A DNA stretch of 64,000 nucleotides from a virus (IMGVR_UViG_3300044655_003531:64001-128000); one strand, 5' to 3'; shown: positions 27,500 through 36,794, numbered from the stretch's first letter. Numbers and translations: made by a program. The notes: generated from the sequence alone by a model not told the origin.

Positions 27500-27928
27500 C
27501 TATTTTTTCTTCTTCTTGCTCTTGATGTAATCTCTGTAGTCAACCAAATTAGACATTGTTTTTTTAGTTTTGGTTGCTTCTGGGTTCAGATGCGGAATGA
27601 TAGGTTTAATGCCTCCCCCGGGGCTGATACCAGGAGAAAAGCTGGGAACCTTCTTGGATCCAATCAAAGGAGAAGTAGCACCCGCCACTGGAATTCCTTT
27701 TTCTGAGATTTCATCCTCGTTTACTTCTTCTTCTTTTACATAATGAGGGAGTTTTTTAGATTTAGTGGAGGCAAATTTTTCCAACTCCTTGTTGGTCATT
27801 TCTCCGTCTGCTATTTCCTTAATGGCTTTTCTGTATCTAGGATCTATATCCTTCAACTTCAGTTGTCCTGTTCTTAAGGCCCAAGCCTGACCCATGAAAG
27901 ATTGCTGTGCTCTTGAAACTGCTGGCAT
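27500..27928 (-). CDS. DUF3008-like N-terminal domain protein
   Basis: MPAVSRAQQ...MTNKELEKFASTK..LP resembles DUF3008 (MPAKSKAQQ...ELEEFAST). Confidence 0.6.
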   Translation of the reverse strand: MPAVSRAQQSFMGQAWALRTGQLKLKDIDPRYRKAIKEIADGEMTNKELEKFASTKSKKLPHYVKEEEVNEDEISEKGIPVAGATSPLIGSKKVPSFSPGISPGGGIKPIIPHLNPEATKTKKTMSNLVDYRDYIKSKKKKK

Positions 27929-27972
27929 TTGTTTTTTTGTTTTTTTGTTATTCGGGAGGTCCCGCGGTGATC

Positions 27973-28290
27973 TTATTTTCTAAATTTATTCGGAAAAAGC
28001 ATCCTCCACTCGTGGCCTTTAGGCACCTGGGAAGTTTTGACTCCGAAGATTTTTTCTTCTGGACAAGGATCTTCTCCGTTGATGGTGAAGCCGTTGTTAC
28101 AAGCCCAGGTTTCTAAACTGCGATTGATGTTTTGTCCGACTGACCAGGGAAATCTCATGCCTCTAGGATTGTCGATGCTTTCTATTCTTGAACCTTGAAG
28201 AGTCAGAGTGATCTTTGCCCGATTCCGGGTGGATTCTAATTCTACTGTTCTCCCCCTGGACCAAGATTCATAAACAGTGATGTGTTTCAT
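27973..28290 (-). CDS. Small capsid-tagged hypothetical protein
   Basis: MKHITVYESW N-terminus. Confidence 0.7.
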   Translation of the reverse strand: MKHITVYESWSRGRTVELESTRNRAKITLTLQGSRIESIDNPRGMRFPWSVGQNINRSLETWACNNGFTINGEDPCPEEKIFGVKTSQVPKGHEWRMLFPNKFRK

Positions 28291-28299
28291 AGTCGTTTG

Positions 28300-28869
28300 C
28301 TAACCCTCTATTTTTTTTAGTTTGATGTAGTAGTTTGGATCCTCGTAGAGATGATCCATGGCAATTTCCCTGGCCTGCTGTGGTCTTTGGGTGTGTTCCA
28401 TCTCGACAAAAACTCCGTCCACTAGCTGTTGAGTTAAATGATCTAGAATTTCTGATAAAGATGAAGAATTTTTACCGGAGTGTTTAAGAGCTATATCTAA
28501 AATTGTCAGTTTATCCGATTTGCCTCCTTTCAAAAACTCTAAATTCGTCGCACCTTCTTTAAGATACAGTCCCTTCATTTTTTTCTTGATCTGAGCAGCT
28601 GTCATCGGTTTGCTGTTCAAATTCCAGTTGGCGGCAGGATTAATGATTTTAGAGGATTTCTTTTTCCACTCTGGAAATGTCCACAACCACTTATTGTAGG
28701 CTTTTCCCACTATCTCAAACCCTTTATCCCCCGGCTGAATAGCAATTGGAGACTGGGGAGGAATATAAGAACCCGTTTCAGCCTCGTGGGTCATCTCCGG
28801 ATCTCGATTTAATTTTTGATCGGATTCGTTGAGATATTTTCGAGACTGAAATGGGTTTTGACGTGTCAT
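28300..28869 (-). CDS. Hypothetical protein with DUF5661-like C-terminus
   Basis: GVFVEMEHT..AREIAMDHLYEDPNYYIKL. Confidence 0.65.
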   Translation of the reverse strand: MTRQNPFQSRKYLNESDQKLNRDPEMTHEAETGSYIPPQSPIAIQPGDKGFEIVGKAYNKWLWTFPEWKKKSSKIINPAANWNLNSKPMTAAQIKKKMKGLYLKEGATNLEFLKGGKSDKLTILDIALKHSGKNSSSLSEILDHLTQQLVDGVFVEMEHTQRPQQAREIAMDHLYEDPNYYIKLKKIEG

Positions 28870-28886
28870 GATCTATTGATTCTTTT

Positions 28887-29093
28887 TTAGCCTATCACGG
28901 CTTCTATTTTTGATTTGGTGATCTGAGTGGTTTCAAAAAAACCGGATATTCCAGAGAGGTGTGAAGCAACTTTGTGCTCCACCTCGAGCACAGACTCTGC
29001 CTCTACTAAGAATTCGGATTTAATCATAACAGGATCTCCATTTTTTTTGTTATCACCTGACTCAAATTGTACTTTTGCAATGTAGTAAGACAT
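28887..29093 (-). CDS. DUF4494-like small protein (Bacteroidota family)
   Basis: MSYYIAKVQF...FLVEAESVLEVE; GAAAC-N18-TAAAAAT upstream (29108-29137). Confidence 0.55.
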   Translation of the reverse strand: MSYYIAKVQFESGDNKKNGDPVMIKSEFLVEAESVLEVEHKVASHLSGISGFFETTQITKSKIEAVIG

Positions 29094-29139
29094 AAGATTT
29101 TTTTTCAATTTTTAGCAGATCGAATGGGCTTTGTTTCTG

Positions 29140-30483
29140 TTATATTCCAAGTTTCTCTCTAGTTTTAGGTCCCACTATTCCATCATCCACCAAACCTTTT
29201 TTCCTTTGAAATTCCTTAACAGCCTGTTCAGTTTTAGGACCAAAATTAGTTCTTTGGGTTCCTAAATTTGTCATGCCCAATGCATCCTGGAGTTTACCGA
29301 CCTCCTCAGACTTCATTCCTCTTTTTAAGACTTCTTTTCCTCCGCTGCCTGCTGACTGGACGGATCCAGATCCTCCCGAGTCCTTTCCTTCTGAGTCTTC
29401 TTTTTTAACTTCACTAAATCCCAAGGCACCCAATAGAACTTGTTTTTGATCGGAGCTTAAACTGGAAGCCCATTTTTTCAAATCTTCCTTTGTTTTGATT
29501 GACGAAGGAAATTTTATATCTTTTACTTCTTCTTCTTCTTTATATTTTTGATCTTTTTCTCCTTTATTATCTTCTTCTGAAGTTAAAAGTTTTCTGAATT
29601 CTTCTATTTGTTTAACGATTGTTTCGGCCCAAACTTCTTTTGATGATTTGCCAAGGTCAACATTTTCCAATTCTTGCTGACCCCCTTTAGATTTTTGAGA
29701 GGACTTGAAATTGATTTTTGCTCCTTTTGCATTTAGATCCGTGACCAATTTTCCCATCATTTCTTGGGAAACTTCCACTGCCTTGTCTTTGAAAGTCGTA
29801 GAAAAAGCCAAGCCAAAAAGTTCCAATAAGTTCGATAATTGTTCGGACACAACTTCATTGTATCCTGAGAATTCCTCATCCGATAAAGCCTTACCCACCA
29901 TTTCTATCAATTGGTCATAGGTAGTTTCTTCTCTTAAGGAGGTCATACTTTTAACAATCCCCCTTTCTACTGCATTCATTTCTTTCCAGATTTGGGGCCA
30001 AACCTGGAGCCAAAATTCTTTAGGCTCGATTTTAGTTTCTTCAATAATAGGCTTACCATCAAATTTGACAGACGGAATAAAGTACTTAGACACTATAGGA
30101 AAAATCTTATTGAGTGACCTTTCGATTAGAGCCTTAATAGCCACTTTATATTTGGAATCGATGTTGTCTAGGGTTTCAGTTTTGACTTCTTCGATCCAGG
30201 TATTCATAACATTGTTTGCTATCCCGTATGGTTCAACACTTTGACCGTTAATGTCGATTTTTTGCTCCATAGGTAATTCTTTGCCCTTAATTTGATAAAA
30301 GGGCGTACTCAAACGTTTTTGGCTTTCTTCTTGATCACCCAGGACTGGAGAATCCCCTCCTCTTTTTTTTCCGATTTTATCGAGTTTTTTTTCTAATCTT
30401 TCTTCCCTTCTTTGCAGTCTCCTCTCCTTTCGACTCATTTCTTCTTCTAAAATATAATCAGAGAATTTAATAATAGAGTTCAT
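29140..30483 (-). CDS. Capsid-tagged protein with C-terminal peptidoglycan-binding domain
   Basis: MNSIIKFSDYILEEE; LKRGMKSEEVGKLQ..FGPKTEQAVKEFQRKKGL..DGIVGPKT (PG_binding_1 pattern); GATATATA at 30499-30506. Confidence 0.8.
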   Translation of the reverse strand: MNSIIKFSDYILEEEMSRKERRLQRREERLEKKLDKIGKKRGGDSPVLGDQEESQKRLSTPFYQIKGKELPMEQKIDINGQSVEPYGIANNVMNTWIEEVKTETLDNIDSKYKVAIKALIERSLNKIFPIVSKYFIPSVKFDGKPIIEETKIEPKEFWLQVWPQIWKEMNAVERGIVKSMTSLREETTYDQLIEMVGKALSDEEFSGYNEVVSEQLSNLLELFGLAFSTTFKDKAVEVSQEMMGKLVTDLNAKGAKINFKSSQKSKGGQQELENVDLGKSSKEVWAETIVKQIEEFRKLLTSEEDNKGEKDQKYKEEEEVKDIKFPSSIKTKEDLKKWASSLSSDQKQVLLGALGFSEVKKEDSEGKDSGGSGSVQSAGSGGKEVLKRGMKSEEVGKLQDALGMTNLGTQRTNFGPKTEQAVKEFQRKKGLVDDGIVGPKTREKLGI

Positions 30484-30566
30484 AGAATTTTTTTTTTGTA
30501 TATATCCAAATGATGTACCACAAAAAAGCAGTCCGAAGACTGCTTTCTAAAATAAAGAAGAAAATT

Positions 30567-30746
30567 CTAAGCTGCCTTGGATTTTTGATCTTGTATATCA
30601 ATTCTGATCTGCTGGGCAAGTTTTTTCAGTTCTTGCATTGCAACTCTTACCCGAGTACCAGCGGCTTTATTTCCTTTTTCAGTGAATTTCTGGAATTCAG
30701 GTTCAATTTGAGAGATGAGATTTTTAATTTCTTGAAAAGCTTCCAT
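30567..30746 (-). CDS. Histone H1-like (Hc1-type) nucleoid protein, 59 aa; missing from the ORF track
   Basis: MEAFQEIKNLISQIEPEFQKFTEKGNKAAGTRVRVAMQELKKLAQQIRIDIQDQKSKAA; GNKAAGTR signature; own GAAAC-N17-TATAAT promoter. Confidence 0.85.
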   Translation of the reverse strand: MEAFQEIKNLISQIEPEFQKFTEKGNKAAGTRVRVAMQELKKLAQQIRIDIQDQKSKAA

Positions 30747-30764
30747 AATAGATAATTTTTATTT

Positions 30765-30792
30765 ATTATAGAATAGTATAAGAAAAAGTTTC
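30765..30792 (-). promoter_or_regulatory. Putative early/middle promoter GAAAC-N17-TATAAT
   Basis: Minus strand GAAACTTTTTCTTATACTATTCTATAAT. Confidence 0.55.
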
Positions 30793-30799
30793 ATCAAAA

Positions 30800-31333
30800 C
30801 TAGCGATTCAAGACGTAAACTCCTTTTCTAGATCCGGGTTGCAAATGCCATTCATCACCTAGGATCGAAATTAACATAGATCTAGCGTACTCCTCGTAGT
30901 TATTCAGAACTAGATTTTGATTCATCTCATCCACTATTCTGATTGTTTTTGGGTTTTTCTCCAAGTAATTCAAAAGACATTTGCCAATCTGCTTGTAGAG
31001 CCTCGCCAATTCTCCTCCCTTAAGTTTAAATTTATTGGAGTTAGCTTCGGGTAAATTCTTGGTGTTCTCAATTGCAATGTCTTCGATCACCTCGGGCTCG
31101 ATCTGGTTGAGATTAATGACGGCATAAGAATTTTTTGGACCCTCCATATTTTCAAATCTGGAGTATTTGCCAATCAAAAAAACATAACCTTGCTGGTCTC
31201 CTTTTTCTTTGTCTATCTGGAAAAAATAGTAACATAGATCCCCGTCTTTCTTAAAGAGAAAGGGCAAGGTTCCAAACCCATCGGCTTCATTTAGCTGGGT
31301 AATGAATTGAGAATAAGGAAGAATAACTTTCAC
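30800..31333 (-). CDS. Capsid-tagged hypothetical protein
   Basis: MKVILPYSQFITQLNE; GATATATA at 31351-31358. Confidence 0.7.
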   Translation of the reverse strand: MKVILPYSQFITQLNEADGFGTLPFLFKKDGDLCYYFFQIDKEKGDQQGYVFLIGKYSRFENMEGPKNSYAVINLNQIEPEVIEDIAIENTKNLPEANSNKFKLKGGELARLYKQIGKCLLNYLEKNPKTIRIVDEMNQNLVLNNYEEYARSMLISILGDEWHLQPGSRKGVYVLNR

Positions 31334-31372
31334 TGTGGATTGTTTTATGTTATATATCTCTAGAATTTTGTT

Positions 31373-33322
31373 TTATTCTTTCAAAGCGGACTTCAAAATC
31401 TCGTAATTGTTTAAAACAGCTTTAGGTAACATTTTTTTGGCAGCTGTAAAATTGCCTTCCTTCAATTTTGTCCTCACCTCTGTGGCAGACATGGATCTTT
31501 TACTGACGTGAAGAGCGAAATCAGAAGGTAATTTATCGTGCAGCTCTGTTTTTTTAATGTACTCAAACTGTTTACCGTAATCATCCGCCCTGTCTTCTCC
31601 AGATCCCACCAGATGAGGGATGTAGCCCTCTTCGACCAATCTATTAACAACTGAACCCAATAGACCCAATTTGACAATCTTGTAACCGGCAAAGTCTTCT
31701 GGATAAGCTTCCATCAAGGAATCCATGTACTGCTTGATAATCTCTTCATTAAATGGGGAATTTTTATTTCTGTTGTGACCTGGATAAACGACCACAACAA
31801 AAACAGGAAAATCGTTTTTTTTCTTCATCTCTTGGGCCATCTTCAAATGTCCCAGATGGAAAGGTTGGAATCGTCCGAGCATCACATTGATGTTTTTCTC
31901 CTCCTTTTTCCCCGTAGATTTTTCTTCTGCTTCTTCAACCGTGTTTTCTTCCCGTTGCTCTAGGTATTCTTCGTGTTTTTGATCGATGGTCTCTAACTTG
32001 GAAATGAATTCGTCGAAGGAAAAGAGAGGATTTTCTTCCTCTTCATTGTCATCAAGTTCTTCTCTGAGATAATCTACGGAAGGAGAATTTATTTTCTTGA
32101 ATTCGAGGAAGCTCGTAAAATCTTGTTTTTCTTGCTCGTTGATTTTTTTCTTGGCCACATAATTTTTGATTTTCTGAACTAGTAGATTGAATTGTTCTAA
32201 AGTACCGGCTTTTACCAGTCCCGAAGCTCGAGTCTTGATTTTTCTGAATGAATTGAGCATCAACTTGAACAAGGACTCAAAGGCCGGGTCTTCTTCGACC
32301 CATTTTAGAACTCTCCTGTCCGAAATGAGTTGTTTGTTCAATCTGAATTCTTCTTTCTTCAGATAATCAGGTTCATCAAAATCAGTGCCTTTATACTTCT
32401 CCGAGTACTGACTCAGAAACTTGGCAAACACGTCCGACATATAGGAGATGTATCTTTCCTCCTCAGAATCCCCTTCTGTTTCGAAAGATTTTACCCCCTT
32501 TTGGAGAATGTAGTTCATAACGTCCAAAAGGGTCAGACCCAGAAAATCACTGGGTTTTCTTTCCATCTGTTGTTGGGTCTTTTCCTTGGCCAACTCCGTG
32601 AAGATGGGATCAACCATCTTGGCTAAAACTGTTTCGCTTTCTCTATCCGGATGACCAAACCTAAACACGATTCCCTCCACATCTTTATCCAGGTTATCGT
32701 TCAGAGCAGTTTTCTCTAAAGCTGGGTTAAGGACCGAGATGATAAACCTCACGAAACTTTGAGTGGAAAATTTTCGGGTTAGCTCTTTGAAGGGGGTAGA
32801 CAAAAATTCCATCAAGGCAACTTTTTGATCGGGCTGAAGCAGGCCCTGAAAAATAATAGGACTTCTTTCCACTCCCAAAAGATCAGCCCATTCGTCCAGC
32901 TTTTCTTTCTTTTGAAGGGTTCTGGCGACTTTGCCTCCCGGCGCCATTTGATGAATGTAAGAAAGAATCAGATTATTTTTGGGCACCCGATCATAGACTA
33001 TTTCAACTGGCTGGGTGTTGGCGAAATACTCTAGGCCAAATCTCCAGCCTCTGGGGATTCTCTCTATAATGTGAGGGGGAAGACTCGTGATATAAGAAAT
33101 AGGTTTCTCATAGTATTTCATCAAAGTACGGTCAACTAGGGTAATTGGATTCCTTTGATCCCGCCGATAAAATTTGAAATTCCCAGTCTCTTGATCCCTC
33201 TCGAAACTAAAGGCAGAACCATCCATCTTTTCATTGATGGTAACAAATTCCCTGAAAAGAGAATTGATAAAATTTTCTCCTTTTTTGTGGTAAAGATCGT
33301 ATAGATGATTAATGCCAGACAT
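31373..33322 (-). CDS. Fusion: ligase-superfamily nucleotidyltransferase (RNA ligase-like) + NMNAT/cytidylyltransferase-like (HxGH) domain
   Basis: Motif I EKMDG, motif III-like RFGLEYF, motif IV DVEGIVF, motif V LAKMVD; C-terminal MLGRFQPFHLGH and SMSATEVR. Confidence 0.8.
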   Translation of the reverse strand: MSGINHLYDLYHKKGENFINSLFREFVTINEKMDGSAFSFERDQETGNFKFYRRDQRNPITLVDRTLMKYYEKPISYITSLPPHIIERIPRGWRFGLEYFANTQPVEIVYDRVPKNNLILSYIHQMAPGGKVARTLQKKEKLDEWADLLGVERSPIIFQGLLQPDQKVALMEFLSTPFKELTRKFSTQSFVRFIISVLNPALEKTALNDNLDKDVEGIVFRFGHPDRESETVLAKMVDPIFTELAKEKTQQQMERKPSDFLGLTLLDVMNYILQKGVKSFETEGDSEEERYISYMSDVFAKFLSQYSEKYKGTDFDEPDYLKKEEFRLNKQLISDRRVLKWVEEDPAFESLFKLMLNSFRKIKTRASGLVKAGTLEQFNLLVQKIKNYVAKKKINEQEKQDFTSFLEFKKINSPSVDYLREELDDNEEEENPLFSFDEFISKLETIDQKHEEYLEQREENTVEEAEEKSTGKKEEKNINVMLGRFQPFHLGHLKMAQEMKKKNDFPVFVVVVYPGHNRNKNSPFNEEIIKQYMDSLMEAYPEDFAGYKIVKLGLLGSVVNRLVEEGYIPHLVGSGEDRADDYGKQFEYIKKTELHDKLPSDFALHVSKRSMSATEVRTKLKEGNFTAAKKMLPKAVLNNYEILKSALKE

Positions 33323-33330
33323 GGTATGAA

Positions 33331-33762
33331 TTATTTATGGGGAGGAAAACTTGTTGGAAAATTTGGAAAAAAAGATAAAGGACCGTATTCTTGAAGTTCA
33401 AAATCAACATATCCTCTGGACTCCAAAAAAAGAAGACTATTGAGAATTTTGCCAATAATTAATTTAGATTTATCATGTAATGGTGAGTTCCAGGTCATTA
33501 AGAGCAAGGGAACATAAACGGATAAAGGAGGAGGAGAAAAACCAAAATTGATCAAATCGTAGACTGATTTTTCCATCGTGTAGATAATTTCATCTCCAAT
33601 CTGAACTTCGTAATCTCCGGTTGAATTGGCCATGACAGAACCATTTAAACCCAGCACTGTCCTAAACAAAATGACTTCGGGGTGTTTAAAGATGGATTCT
33701 ATTCCATCTCCTTCCAGCAAGAAATCCAAAGTGGTGTAGAAAAGATTAGGGAAAACGTTCAT
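33331..33762 (-). CDS. Hypothetical protein
   Basis: 143-aa ORF overlapping the upstream stop; no motif recognised. Confidence 0.55.
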   Translation of the reverse strand: MNVFPNLFYTTLDFLLEGDGIESIFKHPEVILFRTVLGLNGSVMANSTGDYEVQIGDEIIYTMEKSVYDLINFGFSPPPLSVYVPLLLMTWNSPLHDKSKLIIGKILNSLLFLESRGYVDFELQEYGPLSFFPNFPTSFPPHK

Positions 33763-34684
33763 TACTAACCAGTTTTTTTATTTCCCAAGGAATGTCGTGA
33801 TTGGTTCTCTCTAAGTATCTGACAAAATCTTCCACTATAGATTGTAGTTTATCGGCATGGATAAAAGTCGGTTTTTTTATTAAAGACCAGACATCCTCGA
33901 AGGTCTTAACATCACTCGGTCTAACACCAGAACCAAAAAGTAGATCTAGCATCTTTTGAGGATCCCTGGTGACTAGAAAGGTGCTATCTTCTAAAATTTT
34001 AGGTCGGGAGAGTCTTTTTGTTGCTCCCCGATAGGTCTTACGATTCTTATAAACGCCATCTCCTAGTTTGAGAACATACCCAGTATAATCCATGATTTGC
34101 CCTTCTTTATCAACGGAATCTACATCCTTCAAGGCCGAAAGAATGGCCTGGAAAAGCCAATTCCTGTGGGCAGATTTATACTTGGATTCTTTTTTTCTCT
34201 GGTCCGGGGAGTAAAAAATAAATTTAGCCCAATCCATATCCGCAATTGGAATCAGATCAAGTTGAACCGTGCCGTTCTTGATGTTCCCCTCAATGGGCCA
34301 TTCAACGCTGACTATGTTGATCCCTTTAAACATTTTGATCTCCGGTTTGTAACCCAAAATGTCGGGGAGTTGGTCCTTCAGTTTCTCGGTCATTACATCC
34401 AACACCTTGGATTCAGGAACACCCCATTTTTGGGCCAGGAAGGGTTTAGAAACTCCCAAATCCACGTCCCCGGAAGTGTCATCTGGACTTTCTTTTTTTC
34501 CAATGCTGCCAATGAGCAAAAAGTCCCTGTTTAATTTTCCATCGCCCAGCAAGGGAAAAAGGGCTTCCCCTAAGTGGGTCAAAGTTTTGGCCACTTCATC
34601 CTCTCGGATCTTTCTAGAACTGCCAATAGCAGCCCCTCCTTCATTTAATTCCATATATTGTGTGTAGGTATAAATCATGCTCAA
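33746..34684 (-). CDS. Pol-beta superfamily nucleotidyltransferase with capsid-targeting-like N-terminus
   Basis: IGSIGKK..TSGDVDL (GS..DxD) and third acidic VQLDL; N-term MIYTYTQYMELNE. Confidence 0.75.
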   Translation of the reverse strand: MSMIYTYTQYMELNEGGAAIGSSRKIREDEVAKTLTHLGEALFPLLGDGKLNRDFLLIGSIGKKESPDDTSGDVDLGVSKPFLAQKWGVPESKVLDVMTEKLKDQLPDILGYKPEIKMFKGINIVSVEWPIEGNIKNGTVQLDLIPIADMDWAKFIFYSPDQRKKESKYKSAHRNWLFQAILSALKDVDSVDKEGQIMDYTGYVLKLGDGVYKNRKTYRGATKRLSRPKILEDSTFLVTRDPQKMLDLLFGSGVRPSDVKTFEDVWSLIKKPTFIHADKLQSIVEDFVRYLERTNHDIPWEIKKLVSNERFP

Positions 34685-35235
34685 ATATCGTAAAATCTTC
34701 TGGCCCCTTTAATGTAACTTGAATACACCCTGCCTTCTTCAGAGCTGGGAGAATCTAGATCAAAATCATCTCCAAATGTTCTTCTGCCACTATCGTAGGC
34801 TCTACTATAGAAATCCTCATAGTCTTCTCTTGTGTTTCTGCCACTTTTTGTAATGGTTTCACCCCATTTTTCTAGCATATCTTTCTTTTGTCTCTTAAGA
34901 CTCTCCAGAGAATCCCCACCTCTAAAAGGCATTTTAAAAACATCAACAATAGATTTAGCCACCTTCTGAACAAGGGACAGGCCCATTCGGACCAATCTTA
35001 GCGGAGCTCCACTCGGATCTTCTGCCATAGCTTGAAATCTTGCTCTGGCTCCCGAATCTGAAAATTCACCAATTCCCGTTTCCGATTCTTTTCTTGAATA
35101 TCGATCCTCTATCCTTCTCTCTATTTCTTCGAACTTACTCCAATCGTCCTCTTTATCAAAATTGGATCTAAACCTGCTTCTTTCTCTGTTTATTGCCTCA
35201 GAAAACATGGAAAAGTTTTTTAATCTGGGAGTCAT
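34681..35235 (-). CDS. Capsid-tagged hypothetical protein
   Basis: Start MTPRLKNFSMFSEA (35235) follows GATATATA at 35254-35261. Confidence 0.7.
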   Translation of the reverse strand: MTPRLKNFSMFSEAINRERSRFRSNFDKEDDWSKFEEIERRIEDRYSRKESETGIGEFSDSGARARFQAMAEDPSGAPLRLVRMGLSLVQKVAKSIVDVFKMPFRGGDSLESLKRQKKDMLEKWGETITKSGRNTREDYEDFYSRAYDSGRRTFGDDFDLDSPSSEEGRVYSSYIKGARRFYDI

Positions 35236-35270
35236 AAATCTGATTTTTTGATTTATATATCCCAACTTGT

Positions 35271-36794
35271 TCACAATTTAACCTTGAAGACTTTGTATTT
35301 GAATTTCTCTTTCTTATAAATTTGCATTCGAACGTCCCCGTGTTTCATCAGGTAGTTAAGGTATTTAGGAGTAGAAAAGTCATCCACAAAATCGATTACG
35401 TTCACTTTCTCCTTGCCCTCCATTTTTCTCATACCCCTGCCCAGACTTTGCTTGATCAAAACCTCGCTTTTGTATGATTCAACCAAGAAAATGTTATGAA
35501 GATTGTTGATCGAAATTCCAGTTGAAAATGTACCAAAGGTTGCTACCAGAATCTTATTTTCTCCGTCCTTCATTCTCTCTTTGTATTCCTCCCTTAATTT
35601 TTCATCAGTGTCTCCATCCACGTAGAAAACCTCTTTCGTACTATCTATTTCTCTCAGTCTATTCCAGATTTGCTTTCCGTATTCATCCTTTACGGACTGA
35701 AAAAGCACCAGGGAGTTCTTGGATGTTTTCGAAATAAAATCAACGATATATGAAATTCTTTTTTCACTCTCTATCACCAATTTTCTTTCGATGTTGTAGA
35801 TGTCGTTGCCCTCTAAATTCTGGGCAGAGAATTTCAACTGGGCAAGTTTATCCTTGATCTCCTGATCTAGCCAATCGAGGATCACAACCTTAATAGAAAC
35901 AGGGGTGGCGTGGTCGTTCCGAAAAAGAAAATCAGGAGAGATCTCGACCAACACGGGGCCCAGATACTGCTGGATGGTCAGGTGATCGGCAGAAGACCGA
36001 TTGGTCAAGGTTCCGGTTAGACCAAATCTCCACCCCGTGTGCATGCATTTGGATAGAATTTTTTTGATGGAAACTGAATTGGAATGGTGACACTCGTCCA
36101 CAAAAACAGCATCCACGTCCTCGAAAAATTCCTTTTCCTGCTTGACCAGAGATTGAAAGGTGCCAATGATCAGATCGCAGCCTTCTCTCATTTTACTGCC
36201 TCCTCCTATCTGTTGGATCTTAACCCCCAATTCATCGATCCCGTAGTCAATGAAATCGTCATTGCCCTGAAACACAAGGTTAGTACTAGGAACTACAATT
36301 AAAAACTTTTTTATCATGCCCCTCTGCTTGAGAAAGGCAAAAATCATGAAGGCAATCAGTGTCTTACCCGAAGAGGTTGCTATCTCCGACACAGAATACC
36401 TAAATTTAACAATCTTCCAGGCTGCCTCAATCTGGTAGTCCCTGGGTTTCATCTCCTTATTGGCAAAAAATTCATTGACCCAAGAGGTAAATTCCTCCAG
36501 TGTCAGGTCTGAAAAAATAAGGTCCTCCAGTCCCTCAATCTCCACCTCGTAACCGTATTCTTTTCCTAATTTATGAATCTCCATCCAAAGACCCGTTGGA
36601 ACTTTCCACACCGGTCCTCTTTTATCGACGAAACTGATGGAACCATCCCACAGTTTTTTCTTTACCAAGGGATGAAAGAACCAATTGTTTACCTTTCGGG
36701 TCAGAGAAATCTCAACCTGCTTTTTTTCGACTTCAGGGGTCAAAGAATTCAGTAACAACCATTGTTTATCATCTGACACTAAAAATTTTAACAT
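35271..36794 (-). CDS. uvsW: UvsW-like SF2 DNA helicase
   Basis: PRDYQ, IATSSGKT, DECH, GLTGT, TFGTFSTGISI, QSLGRGMR. Confidence 0.92.
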   Translation of the reverse strand: MLKFLVSDDKQWLLLNSLTPEVEKKQVEISLTRKVNNWFFHPLVKKKLWDGSISFVDKRGPVWKVPTGLWMEIHKLGKEYGYEVEIEGLEDLIFSDLTLEEFTSWVNEFFANKEMKPRDYQIEAAWKIVKFRYSVSEIATSSGKTLIAFMIFAFLKQRGMIKKFLIVVPSTNLVFQGNDDFIDYGIDELGVKIQQIGGGSKMREGCDLIIGTFQSLVKQEKEFFEDVDAVFVDECHHSNSVSIKKILSKCMHTGWRFGLTGTLTNRSSADHLTIQQYLGPVLVEISPDFLFRNDHATPVSIKVVILDWLDQEIKDKLAQLKFSAQNLEGNDIYNIERKLVIESEKRISYIVDFISKTSKNSLVLFQSVKDEYGKQIWNRLREIDSTKEVFYVDGDTDEKLREEYKERMKDGENKILVATFGTFSTGISINNLHNIFLVESYKSEVLIKQSLGRGMRKMEGKEKVNVIDFVDDFSTPKYLNYLMKHGDVRMQIYKKEKFKYKVFKVKL

